Notes: a model not told the origin generated them from the sequence alone. A DNA stretch of 64,000 nt from Azolla caroliniana (GCA_043228905.1 JBHGNT010000009.1:2418001-2482000), one strand, 5' to 3'. Positions 1-11,978 are shown, counted from the first letter of the stretch. Translations and numbers: made by a program.

Positions 1-2478
1 GTCGGACCCCGGAGTAGACTTGACATTTCTCGCAGCTTTCTGTGAACTCCGCGACATCTTTATACATGTTCTTCCACCAATATCTTTGCTTGATTTTCAC
101 AAAAGTTGCCCATGTTCCTCGATGTCCAGCCCAATCGGATTCGTGGAACTCGGACATTATCCGGTTTCGTTGCTCTTTCGTCCCGACTACTCGAAGTGGT
201 ATCCCATCCGGTCTTTTCGGCGTCCTCCATATTAAACCGTTTTCCAAGAAGAACTTTTGGACTTGCCTCTTCTTCCTTCGGATCTCGGCTCTCCTCTCTT
301 TATCATTGGTTGAATCCTCGACCTCTTGTAGCATCTTCCCGATCATCAAGGTTTCCCCCTCGTATTCTTCTTCCCGGAATTCTCGGATCACGTTCACTCG
401 GCATATGTGTTCTGACGTGAAGTAGTCTTCGGAAACTTCTTCATTATCTGATTCGGTTATGTCGTCTTCAAACCGCGCCCTCGATAACATGTCCGCTACC
501 GCGTTGTCCTTCCCCGAGATGTGTCGAACCTCCGGATTAAATGACTTGACATATGCAATCCACCTTAGCATAGCCACATCCGGTATCGTACAACACCGCA
601 TCATCCCGAGTATCGGAAGACAATCCGTCTCGATCACCACTTCAGCTCCGATCAAATAATCCCGATCCGATTTTATCGCCGACACGACTCCCCACAATTC
701 TCTTTTGACTTGTGCATATCCGCGTTGCCTTTCGTTGAGGACCTTTGCTCCAAATCGGATCGGATACCGCGAACCATCCGAGTCGGCTTGATTGATGACC
801 CACCCGATACCGGTTGGACTTGTATCAACCGTTACTATGATTGGCCGCTCGTAGCTTGGCTTCTTAAGTGATTCCGCCCTCCATAGTGTCTTCTTGAGCT
901 TCCTCATGGCTTTAGTGTGTTCCGGTTTCCACTCGAATTTCTTACCTTTCCGCAACAAGTGATAGAGCAGGTCCGCTATATGTGCATAGTGCGGAATCCA
1001 TATGTGATAGAATGCACACGCACCCAGAAACCTTCGGACTTCCGATGTTGACTCACATACTTCCTTCATAGCTTGAATCGCATCGATCTTTGTTGGTGAC
1101 GGTTTTCGGCCGTAGGGTCCACATAGATGTCCGACCACCAATATTTCTTCTTGCCCGAATGCCGATTTCTCCCCGGAAAGTGTTAGGTGCACATCTTCTA
1201 GCTTTCGCAACACTTTCTCGCAATCATGAATATGGTCGACCACGAACTTTCGGCATCCCCGATCATCCATAGTCTCATCTTTTTCTTCCACCGCGCATCC
1301 TTTCATCGGAATGTCATCTAGAAACGGCATCGTTATCTCCGGGATGCAATCTCGAAGCACCTTGTTCATCGCGTTCATCATATGTGCAACCGAGTTTGTC
1401 GCTCCTTGTGGTAGTGTGCACATTCGAACTAGTCCTATCGGTGTCCGCATGGTAGTGATGTCTCGGCTCTCCACGGCTAGTTGGAATTGGCCATACCCCG
1501 AGTATAGGTCCCCGATGGAGTATATCGCACGTCCGGCAAAAGCTTCCGCGAATTCGTCCACTATCGGACCGACTCCCGAGTTCCGGATCGTGACCTTGTT
1601 CACCGGTTGCAAGTCTTGGATGAATCGGAGTGACCCATTCTTCTTCGGAACCGTAAACCATCGATTTGAGTACGGAGCACTTGATGGCTCTAGAATCCCC
1701 ATCGCCACCTTCTCCTTGAGCAAGTCGATGACTTTCGGAATATGCGCCCGTGGCACCAGAATCGGCTTCAGGTTCCACGGTACATGATCAATCGTGAAAA
1801 TCACCATCGGCTCCACTATCTTTGGATCAATGCATCCGATCTCCCTCGATGTGAACGCGAATGCTTTGCCATGTTGCTCCAACATCTCTCGAAACCGTTT
1901 TTCTTCTTCTTGTAAGAGGAACCCACCTCCACCGATCCGAAGTTTCTTCCGGGTCTCATCTGTGAAGGCATGTCCGATATCCACGGACTTCCGAAGTGCC
2001 GGATCTCCCGAGACTTCTTTCTTCTTTTGTTCGCTATCGGCGGGTAGTGGTCCCGCGGCCGGTTTCACCTTCTTCTCCACGGTCTTGTATTTCGTACTTA
2101 CCATTGCTTCTTCTTTGCGGAGCGCATCCGGCCCCATTTTCGCAACGATCTCGTACATCTCGACCGATTCCACCGGGACTACCCGGTTCCCTTGGCTTTT
2201 ATCTTCCGCAAGCTCTTCAAGCCGTTGTAGTGTATTCCCATAGAACACTTCCTCGATCACTCCCACGATTTCTTCATCTTCTTTTATTATTGATGCGGAC
2301 CGTAACTTATCCTCCACTTGTCGGTATTGTTTCTTCATTCCTCCGGTTACGGCCGTGTACGTAGATGCCCCATCCAGGCCGATTCGTACTTGTTTTGCTC
2401 CGAGAGTTTTCTTCCTGTATGGGGTATCAGGGCTTCTCAAACTATCACTTCCCCACTCCGCAACAGTCCGCTTTAAAA
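1..2478 (-). CDS. pol: pol (RT-RNase H-start of integrase) of A1, -1 frame relative to gag, runs off window
   Basis: Reverse complement matches the 1159-aa pol at 36732-40211 (LPQGATNS, PFLDD, VTVDTS). Confidence 0.85.
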
Positions 2479-4599
2479 ATCCATTCTCACTTGGGACAAG
2501 AGTTCCCTCTTGTTCCTTTCGTGATTTGCCGGCACCGTTAGGAATTGGACGGATTTCCCTCCGTTTTGGCTCCGAATTCGCGCAAAAGCCGCACCACTAT
2601 CGAGCACCTTCGTCTCCATCCGTGAAGCCGTGATAAAGGGTTGGCCGAGGATGACAGAATGTGAAACCTCATCCTGCACAAAGAAATTTTGGTCAATTTC
2701 GACATCCCCGATCTTTACCGTCACATCCGGACAAGCCGCAAATAGGTCTTCTGTCGTTTTCGTGGCTGCCTGAATCTTCCATCCATGGTTGGTGTTTATA
2801 GGCCACTTCCCCTTTCGGTAGAACTCCTTGGACATCAAGTTGATCTCCGATCCGTGATCAATCAATGCTAGCACGGGTTCTTTGATGTTGCCGATTCGGA
2901 CCGGAGTCTCCGTAGTCGCACGTGCCCAGTGTGGCCTTGTATAGTGGGAGTTCGGAATTTCGCCTTCCACTTCGGTGTCGTTCATTGAAACGGTATTTGC
3001 ATTCACCCTTGGAGCATTTTCCTCCGTACTTTGTCTCTTCCTTTTCACGAGATCCACGAGAAGATCGTGAAACTCCTTCTTCGCTATTCCGAGTAGTTCC
3101 CGCAGCGAAAAATCTACCCGGCTATCCAAGATTCTTTCCTCGAACACTCTTTTCAAGTCGGTTTGTTGTTCTATGTCCGAGGCGAGCTTGAATGCCGGAG
3201 TCGCCTTTTCTTTTCCCTTACCTCCGGAGTTCCAGCTTTCCGGTATCTTCGATGGTCCGGCCGCATCCTCCGTGCGCCGTCGTTTCTCGTCCACATACAC
3301 CTCATGTAATTGACACAGGGCGTATATGCTATTCTTGTCGACAGGGCACTCCCATCCCGTAGCTTCCCGGATGCCTTCCGCGGTGTTTCGGATATCGTTG
3401 GAGTCGGTTTTCTCGGTGTTTCCTAGCACCTCCGGCCAGAAAGACGCCTTCGCTCCCGATGACTCCCCGACACATATTCCCGCGGTTGTCGCATAGTTGC
3501 TTCTTGCCGCTAACTCCTCCTCGAGCACCTTCTTCATGCCGCCTTTCCGGAAGTTCGGTCGGAGTGGCTTCCGAGAGTCCATCGAATGAATCCGGTTTCC
3601 CTCGTAGTAGATGAGATCCCGTCGTAGCGCCTCCTTATGGTCGTCGTAATCCCTCCGATCGTGTTCGGCGCTATCGCACCATATGCACCGTCGATCCGTA
3701 TATTTGGAGCTTGTGGGGCGGTCATCCGACTTCTTCACCATCGCGATCTTTAGATTCTCCATCTCCTTCAGCAGCTGCTCCACCGTAGACGCGTCGACTC
3801 CCTTCTCGGCCGTAATCTCCCGAGCCCTCGGTTGATGGTCTTCCAGTCCCGTTCTCGGTTTCGGAATCGGTTCCGAAACCCTCTTTTCTTCGTTGGCAAG
3901 CCATTGCCCCCTCTTCGTGTACCGCGCGACGATATCCCGCACGCTTTCCCATGTTTCGGTGAGGCCGCTTTCGGTGGTCGTGTCCTCAAGAAGCACTCCG
4001 AGATCTTTCCGGTCCCGGACGTCCACAGCTCGCAAAAACATGATGACTTTGTCCGGTGCAAGAATAGTTTGATCTCTCGCGGACAACCTCCCGAACCGAC
4101 TTTCGAATGTCGAAAACACTTCGAGGACCTTCAGCCCCTTACCTGACGTTTCCACCCAATCCTCGAATCCCCTCCGCGTTGCCTTGGAGGAGTTCTCGAT
4201 GGCAAACGTGGTCTTTAACGCCTCTTCGAATGCTTCCCACGTCGGATTTTGTTGTTGCAACCCGTGGATACTCCCTTGAAGCCCGTCGGTCGCCACCCGG
4301 TTAAAGGATGTCACTTGCAGTCCTTCCGAAGCCCGGCACCGGAGCATCTCCGCCTTGTAGTCCTGCAAATATCGCGACACATCCTTACCATTAAATTGCC
4401 CGTTGCGTTGCACGAGCCGCTCTACTGATGCCGAAATCTCCGACATCGTGCGTTGTTCTTGAAGCATCCGTTCGAACATCGCCATCATATTGTTAGCTTG
4501 TTGAGCCTCCATCTCCTTGCCACCCGTCTTCACGTCGGGTTCACCAACTGTGTCGTGCCTTTCGGCTCCGGATCGTTGCGTGAGTCGGGTGGGAACCAC
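2473..4599 (-). CDS. gag: gag-protease polyprotein of A1 (first ATG at 4512)
   Basis: 708-aa ORF with CIWCDSAEH knuckle-like motif and LIDHGSEINL aspartic protease motif; almost identical to 34486-36609. Confidence 0.9.
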   Translation of the reverse strand: MVPTRLTQRSGAERHDTVGEPDVKTGGKEMEAQQANNMMAMFERMLQEQRTMSEISASVERLVQRNGQFNGKDVSRYLQDYKAEMLRCRASEGLQVTSFNRVATDGLQGSIHGLQQQNPTWEAFEEALKTTFAIENSSKATRRGFEDWVETSGKGLKVLEVFSTFESRFGRLSARDQTILAPDKVIMFLRAVDVRDRKDLGVLLEDTTTESGLTETWESVRDIVARYTKRGQWLANEEKRVSEPIPKPRTGLEDHQPRAREITAEKGVDASTVEQLLKEMENLKIAMVKKSDDRPTSSKYTDRRCIWCDSAEHDRRDYDDHKEALRRDLIYYEGNRIHSMDSRKPLRPNFRKGGMKKVLEEELAARSNYATTAGICVGESSGAKASFWPEVLGNTEKTDSNDIRNTAEGIREATGWECPVDKNSIYALCQLHEVYVDEKRRRTEDAAGPSKIPESWNSGGKGKEKATPAFKLASDIEQQTDLKRVFEERILDSRVDFSLRELLGIAKKEFHDLLVDLVKRKRQSTEENAPRVNANTVSMNDTEVEGEIPNSHYTRPHWARATTETPVRIGNIKEPVLALIDHGSEINLMSKEFYRKGKWPINTNHGWKIQAATKTTEDLFAACPDVTVKIGDVEIDQNFFVQDEVSHSVILGQPFITASRMETKVLDSGAAFARIRSQNGGKSVQFLTVPANHERNKRELLSQVRMDF
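4529..4546 (-). promoter_or_regulatory. Primer binding site, tRNA-Trp
   Basis: TGGTGAACCCGACGTGAA 4 nt from LTR; complementary to the plant tRNA-Trp 3' end (recalled as ...TTCACGTCGGGTTCA-CCA). Confidence 0.9.
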
Positions 4600-5314
4600 A
4601 GAGGTCTTGGACTAGGAGAAAGAAGTTCGTGAGATAGAGATTAATTATGAGTAAATAGCAAAGAGAAAGATAAGAAACTCGTGAATCACACGAGTATACT
4701 ATATTAATTGGTACTTAGAGTGTTAAGAGAGAAGTAGATGTATAAATCGTGAATCCCACGAATAATTTTTGTATTGATTCATACTTAATCCAAATAATCA
4801 ACAACCCTTTATATATTTCTCTCCTCCTTATATAAGGAAGGAAGAGCTAAGCATGGCTTCATGTTTTTTTTTCTTTTTACAAAAAGTGTTCATGTCCACT
4901 AAATGTGCATGTGATGCTTTTTTATTTCCTAAGTATAGGGCTCATGCACGCTAGATGTGCATGAGTTATTTTTAGTGTCTCGTGTTTTCTTTTTCATATA
5001 TTAAAAAAATACACGATTTACTTTTTAATAAAGGTATGCATAAATAAAGGTCTTATACGTATTAAATCTATATTTAAAACAGTTAAGATAAGTTAATGTA
5101 ATGGTAAGGTTGGGGTTTGTCAACGTGGAGGTGCAGAGTTCGAATCACGCCCTGCGCAGTAATGAATATTTCCTTCTTTTTTACATTTATGTCTCTTTAT
5201 CCGGCTCTTCCTTGCCGGTATGCCGTTTTCTTCCGGTTCTTACCGAGCACTCCATTCTCTATCCGGAGGGACAAAAATATAATTTCCACATAGTGTGCAA
5301 CCTACACTACGACA
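4551..5314 (-). repeat. 5' LTR of A1 (764 bp)
   Basis: TGTCGT...ACGACA termini; homologous to A2 LTRs but with one rather than three copies of a ~24-bp U3 repeat. Confidence 0.93.
5094..5157 (+). promoter_or_regulatory. tRNA-derived A-box/B-box module inside LTR, antisense to element
   Basis: TAATGTAATGG at 5094 and GTTCGAATC at 5138-5146 with tRNA-like spacing; T-run shortly downstream. Confidence 0.6.
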
Positions 5315-5698
5315 ACGGTGCTTCATCGACATGAGCCTGTACAACAACTTCAATGAAGAGAGCAAGGCTCATGAGCTCTGGGAGAAGATCGGCATAATGT
5401 TCCAAAACAAAAATGTTGTTAACCAGGTTTCTGTATTCCGGAAGCTAGTAAGACTCCGGTACCGAGATGGCTCCAGCATGGCAGAGCACATGAATGCCTT
5501 CCAGGGGCTAATACACCAGGCAACGTCATTGGAAGTACCGCTTGCCGATGAGGTACTAACGCTACTCCTACTCGGTTCCCTCCCGGATAGCAGGGAGACG
5601 TTGGTTGTCACTTTGGGCAACGCCGGGCCGGAAGGAAAACGGTTATCCCTAGCAAGAGTAAAGTCGAGCTTGCTAGATGAGGAGGCGCGTCGGAAAGA
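5315..5698 (+). pseudogene. gag: Copia D1 gag fragment
   Basis: RCFIDMSLYNNF...EEARRKD matches the D2 gag at 31810-32838. Confidence 0.9.
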
Positions 5699-6086
5699 TG
5701 TTGTCTGCCTGGCCGGACTAGCCACAACACAGGTGTCTATCCGACACTTCTCCAAAGGGGTGGTAAGGATTGGATGCTAGGTTACACGCGTAAGATGATT
5801 ACACTAAGCACAGACGGTAAAACAATACAAAGACAAGATAAACACACAATAAGTATATTTGTATTACTTCCGTAAAGCATTTACAAATCATCGGATCCTT
5901 TTATAGGCATCCGGCAAGGTTACAATCGGTGCGCTTAGGCAACCGGCATCCGAATCGGTCTGGATCCAGATCGATACAACTGTACCGGATCCGACCCTCC
6001 GAATAATAAATATACTATTATTTACTTCCTATTATTCGATCCGACTCCGCCTTCCCACTTGTCCTTGCTCTTCTGACCGGCCAACA
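5699..6086 (-). repeat. 3' LTR of C1 (388 bp)
   Basis: TGTTG...CAACA termini; TATA-like CCTATAAAAGG on minus strand; direct repeat of 21794-22174. Confidence 0.95.
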
Positions 6087-6088
6087 CA

Positions 6089-6104
6089 TGGCACGCCCGT
6101 GGGA
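6089..6104 (+). promoter_or_regulatory. PBS-like tRNA-Arg site on the non-coding strand, in the PPT position
   Basis: TGGCACGCCCGTGGGA 2 nt from LTR edge; no polypurine tract adjoins this LTR. Confidence 0.65.
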
Positions 6105-6220
6105 AAGTGCCTTGCACTTCGAATCCACCCCTGGCCTCATTCTTCCTCCAAAATATCGAGCAAACTCCGCTCGAAGGTGTCAAGTGGTGCCTCTTCCTCC
6201 AATTCCTGTTCCTTGCCTGC

Positions 6221-9057
6221 CTAGTCTCCGACCTCCGGTTGGGTTGGCATTTCCGTAAAAATTTGCTGCTCCGGCTCTGCTTGATTCTGTGGTGCCGATG
6301 CTTCCTCACCGCTCCGTCCGGGTTCTTCCTGTTCTTCCTCCGTTCTAGGCTCTGTTCTATTACCAGTGTCGCTTTCTCCGGTCTCGACTAGTCGGTTCGG
6401 TGCGCCTTCTTCCTCTGCTCCGGTGTTTTCCGGTCTCAGCTCTTCTTCTTCCCCGGCATCGGTCTGCACCTGCTCTTCTTGATTTTCTTGGAACGGAAGT
6501 TCTTCTTCGGGTATTCCTTGTCGGGGTTGTTCGATGTTGGTTGGTTCAGCTTCAGCCGGTCGCTCTCCCTCACTTATAGTGATTGGCGTCGTTCTTCCCT
6601 CGGCTTCCTGTCGTAACCGGTCCTGCTCGTATTTCTCCAACTCCAACTGAGTTGCGAGCTGCCCGTCATCCAACCTCTCTACCAACCCTCGGATTTCTTT
6701 GAGATGTTCTTCCGCTAAAGCGTAGAAATCCTCCGACAATTCTTCCCGAATGGCGACGATACTTTCTTCATCCATCTTGTAGAACTTGTCACCGGTCTTC
6801 CTCCGATTCTCGGCATCAGCTCGGAGTGTCTGCAACTCGGCTGCCTGTTGTGACCACTCCTTCCATAGCTTTTCCGTACTTTCGTTGATGCTTGCCTGAG
6901 CTCGGGTACTCCAACATGACATGATGAGCTTGATCCGGTCAACCCCCGCTTTAGCATGCGCATAAGCTTCTTGCTTTTCCTTCCTTGCCCGTTTTATAAT
7001 GTCGGCCATTATCTGAGCCTGGGCTTCGTAATCCGCTTTCTGCTTTTCATAGGCACTTTGCAGTTTGTTGATCGTGAAGGTCGATCTTTCCTTTTCTTCA
7101 TTCCTGATCTTGGTCAGATCCAGCTTTTCCCGCCTTAGCGCCTCTAATTCCTTCCTTCTCTCCGTCGCTTGGGTTATTTCCACCGACAATGCTTCCTTTT
7201 TGGCACTGACCTCATCCATTGTCTTAGCCAGGTCTAATCGGGTCTCTTTGAGCTGTTCTTTCAGCTTTTCTATTTGCTGGTCGTAGTCTGCTGCCCGTTT
7301 CTTGTTGTCCGACTCGGCCTGCTTGTGATCTCGGTAGAGTCGGTCGAAGTCCTCCGTCTTCTGCTTCAGGCGTCGGCTTACCTGAGCTCTTAACCGGTCG
7401 TCCCGGTCCTTCTGTTGTCGGAGTTCTTCCTGTAGTCGCTCTATCTCCTGCTCGGCCTATCGACGCAGTCGGTCCTTCTCCTTTTGCAGCTTTTCTTTTT
7501 CTTCTTGCAGTCGGTCATTAGTGGCTCGGCCTTTCCGGAGGCCTTCTTCCATTCTTCGTTTGTCGTCCTCCACCGCTTTCCGCTGCTCCCTTTCTTTTTC
7601 CCTTAATGCCTCCTGAGCTTTTAACTCCTCTCGCAAGGTTTCTATTATTTTTTCGGTCTCAGGGCCGGTTTGCAAGGCTACCGGTTCCGGTTCCGGTTCT
7701 GATTGCTTCCTTGTTGTCCCGACCGGCTCGGTGACAACTTGTGCTTGTTGAATTCCTTCCCTCACCTGCAATAGCTCCCCTTGCAACTCCTGGATCTGTG
7801 TTCGGAGCGCGACCAACTCCTGGGTTGTTGTATGCGTCAGGTGTTGCCTACACGTTTCTTCTTCCTCTAACTGGTCCGCTACTCCCGATACCTGCTCCGA
7901 AAGCCATCTCAGCCATTGTGGCATTGTGCTTCCTGTGTCGGAGTAGCATTGCTCCCTTCTACTCCTTAACTCGGGTTGTTTTTCGGGCCTTTTCTCTGGC
8001 TCCGGCGCTTGTTCATTCCTGTTCTCTTGAATGACCGGTTCTCTGAAGTCCGGCAAAACCGGTTCCGGTACTGCTTCCCTCAGTGCGGGTTCCGGTACTG
8101 CTTCCGCCCCGGCTACTGGAGGTGGTCCTTGCACCCTCTACTAAGTTCTGTCAACTGGTGGAGCCGGTCCTCTCGCCCGTCTCTCCCGACCTTGTCTTGC
8201 TGGGAGTCTTACCAGTGGTTCGGATGAGTCTTCTGCTTCAGCTTCCTCCTCGAGTGCGGCTACCAGACGAACCTTTTGTATAAAGTCCTCTGGTTCCGGT
8301 TCCGGCCGTCGCAGCGTTATATTGATTGGTTTGAGCGCTACCGGTCTTCCTCGACCGGTTTTCCTTTGCCTTTTCCTGCCGGTTTCGCCTTTGTTGCCGG
8401 TTCCTGTTGCTGTCGGGATGGTCCTACCTCCCGCTGTTCTGCTTCTTCCTGGGTCCATCTGGGGGGGTGTTTCTCCAGGATCTGTCGGCGCTTTGTGACC
8501 TTTTTCGGCGTTGTCTCCTGCCGACCTCTTTTCTTTTGTTTGATGGGGAGCACCGGTGGGACTAACACCGTTAGCCATTGTGCTATCCCGGCCCATGGCT
8601 TTTTTCCTTCCACAAGGTTCTTGATGGCCTCCTTCAATCCTTCGGTTATGAAATGGAGCCAGTCCACTTGTAATCCTTCGTACGTTGCAATTAGGAACGT
8701 TGCTCGGTACCTAGCTATGGCTGGGGGACGAGAATTCACGAATCCGTATTCCATCATGGCGCGGGCCACTTCTCCGAACAGTAGGTTCTCTCCACCCTGT
8801 GTTCGGTACGCCTTGCTGCTGATGGAATACTCACCGAAATATTCGAACAAGATTTGACTTGAAGGGTTTTCAATCGTTTGAAGTCCTCCTGCTTTTATCC
8901 CCGTGAGCGCCTGCACCGCTCCTTCCGTGACTTCTGATAAATCAATCGATGCTGCCGCCTGCTCCGGTTCTGCGTGTGGTGGAGCGTCGGCGATCCGCAG
9001 CAATCCTTCTAACCCGTTCTCTATCATCCATTGGCGTGCCTCTTCCGATAGTGCCAT
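6221..9057 (-). pseudogene. Extra ORF (ORF3) of C1, ~945 codons, now broken: globular N-terminus plus long E/K/R/Q coiled coil
   Basis: Consecutive minus-strand pieces 8338-9057, 8141-8596, 7457-8134 and 6221-7219, separated by frameshifts/stops, between pol and the 3' LTR. Confidence 0.75.
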
Positions 9058-9544
9058 TGGTTCAGATTCTTCTTCTGCTGTCTGTTGTTCGGGATCGGGA
9101 TGTGTGTGCGTTGTGCGTCGGATCGCTCTTCTGTGCTTCTGCGCCTGTGTGTAGGAAAATTCGTAAAAAGTAAGTCCTTCGCAGGCCTATGTCTTATATA
9201 GTGACTTTTGCCTCGAGCCGCCCTTTTTCGTTTCCCGCACATGTCTATCTCCCGCCATAATTAGCATGTCCTTTCTTGGTTACTGCGTGTGCATATCTCC
9301 TGTCATTATTAGTAATTCTTCTCTTGATTGCCGCGCGTGCGTAATACCTCGTACGTCGGTGCCCACGTTCTACGCTTTAAATAGCAAGTACACGCACGTC
9401 CTCCTCCTTCATGGCGCCTCTTCGTTGCATGGTGGCGCTCCCACCTCTTGTGATCTCCCCATCATCATTACTTTGAATTTTATTTTATTTTCCTTTGTTT
9501 GGACCACGTCATTTTCCGGTCCCACCCGATTTGTTCGGGTCGGT

Positions 9545-11978
9545 TCACGCTGATACCGGAATCTCCTTCTGTCGGTTTTCCGGGATAGTCTTTGTCGGTA
9601 TCGGTGTCGGTTCTTCCTCGTTCCGGATTTCTGCAGCAGCGTCTGTCGGTGTCGGTTCCTCATCGTGTCGGATTTCCGGGTCTTGCTTGAACGGGTTGGC
9701 TGGCATATTTCCCTTATACGGCTTTAGCCGAAACCCATTTGCCCACTTACCGATGACTTCTCCAGACAACGTGCCGAGCTGATACGACCCATTGTACTCC
9801 TTGGTGATCCAGAACGGTCTGGTCCACCGAAACCGCAACTTTCCCGGCATGTTCCCCATCCGTGTCTAGAACAGTAGCACCGGTTTTCCGACTTCGAACT
9901 CCTTTTCGTTGCCACGCCGGTGTCAGTCCACGAAAGCTTTTCTCCTCCTTTGCTCCAGTTCGAGTTGTAGTAAGCTGGCTATTCGGTTTTCTTCTAATTC
10001 CAACAACGTCGCCAGCCAGATTCGTTCGGACTCCTTCTCACTTAAGCGCTCCTTTACCTGGATCCATAAGCTGGGGATCTGGAACTCTACCGACATGACC
10101 GCTTCTAAGCCGAATGCTAGTCGGAACGGGGTTGTCCGGATGTTGGTTTTGTATGTTGTTCGGTACGCCCATAGCGCGCTCTGCAATTTCGTATCCCAGT
10201 CGGTCCGGTTCTCGTTGACGATTTTTCGTAGGATGTTCTGCAGAGTTTTGTTCGTCGATTCCGCTAGTCCATTGGCTTGAGGGTAGTAGGGAGTACTCCT
10301 TTTATGTACCACCGCGTAAAATGACGTCAAGCTTTCTACTACCTGCCCGAGAAAGTGTCCTCCTTGGTCACTTATAAGCTCGATCGGGCATCCATACCGG
10401 CACCATATGCACTCGTACAGGAACTTTGCCGTGGACGCGGCCGTGTTGTCCCGTAAGGCCTTCGCTTCCACCCATTTGGTGCAATAGTCGGTCGCCACTA
10501 TGACATACCGATTTCCGGTTCGCATTGCCGGTGGCTTGAAGGGACCGACAAAGTCCAAACCCCACTTTTGAAACGGTTCCAATGGCAAGACCGGGTGGTG
10601 TGGCATCCGGGCCTGCTCCGTGGGTTGGCCCAGTCGTTGACACAAATCGCATTCTCTGCTATACTTCACGGCATCTTTTAGGGTGGTGGGCCACCACAGT
10701 CCGCTCTGCCATATTTTCCGAGCGGTTGCGTCGCCGGCATAATGCCCGCCGGCAATTCCACAGTGGGCTTCCCTGAGGATTAGATCCTTCTCATCGCTCC
10801 GCACTGCTCATCTCCAAATGCCATTTGTCCCCTTGTGATAGAGGGTGTCTCCAACCAAGCAGAAATGTCTGCTTCTTACTGCTACCCTTTTTCCTTTCAT
10901 CGCAGTCCATGTTCTCCGGGGGTACTCCGGTGCTCAGGAACTGATGCATCTCGGTTAGCCACTTGTCTTCATCGGCTACCGTTGCATCCGTTGCCGGTTC
11001 CGTCGTGATCCGGAACAACTCGGCGTCGGGGAACTCATCCTGTACGCCGTTCCCTGCTTCACCGGATTCGAGTCTGCTTAGGTGGTCCGCTACCGCATGT
11101 TGCACCCCGGGTCGGTGGAAAATGTCGAATTCAAATTCCTGTAACAGCAGTGTCCATCGTGCAATTTTTTCCGTCAGGGATGCCTTCGAGACCAGGTAGA
11201 GTAGTGCCGAATGGTCGACATGGAAGGAAAACTTCCTTCCGAGCAGATAGTGCCTGTACTTTGTGACACTATACACCATTCCTAATGCCTCGCGTTCCGT
11301 CGTAGAGTAGTTTCGTTCGGCTTTTGAGAGTTTCCAGCTTGCGTAGTACACCGGCCGGTACCATTTCGGCTCCGTGAGTTGCATCAGAACGTTGCCGATT
11401 GCTACGTCCGACGCGTCGACGAAGACGTGAAAGCTTTTACCCCAATCCGGCGGTTGCACCACCGGAGCTTGCGACAGCATAACCTTCAGCGCTTGGTAGG
11501 CTTTCTCCTCCGTCTCCGCCCATAGGAAGGGTACCCTGTGTACGGCGGCATGCAATGGTGTAGCGAAGTCTGCGAGGTGCCGTATCATCCGGCTATGCCA
11601 CCTTATTTGGCAGGGGAACCGGCTTAAAGCCTTTGCGTTATTTGGTGCCGGTGCCTCGAGAATCGCCTTTACTTTATCCGGATCTACCGCAATTCCTTCC
11701 TTACTCACCACGTGCCCTAGTAAGTTGCCGCTTGCCACTCCAAAGACGCACTTGGCCGGGTTCAGACTCAACCGGTACTCGCGGCACTTCTCTAAGCACA
11801 GCTGGAGGTGATCGAGATGCTCTCCGTGCCGGCTGTAGACCGCGAAATCGTCAACGAAGACCTGCATAAAACCGGGGATATATTCCCCGAAAATTTCCAT
11901 TATTATCCTTTGAAAGGTCGTTGGGGCCGTCTTTAGTCCGAACATCATCACGACCGCGACGAACACTCCCCATTCCGT
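9545..11978 (-). pseudogene. pol: C1 pol, C-terminal part (RT C-term, RNase H, integrase)
   Basis: VFVDD, VFVDASD, EREAL, HHCC zinc finger, WGLDFVGP, ISDQG, NGLAE; frameshifts present. Confidence 0.92.

Larger units (their letters stand above)
1..5314 (-). mobile_element. Ty3/Gypsy LTR retrotransposon, family A copy A1 (3' end outside window)
   Basis: Near-identical inverted copy of 33722-41011: 5' LTR, tRNA-Trp PBS, gag-pro, pol. Inserted in Copia D1 gag; flank ACGG at 5315-5318. Confidence 0.95.

Noticed and set aside
5094-5157. Functional tRNA gene
   Set aside because: Acceptor and anticodon stems do not pair; only promoter boxes are recognisable, so it is reported as a derived module.
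6221-9057. env gene
   Set aside because: Occupies the env position but shows no signal peptide or transmembrane helix.
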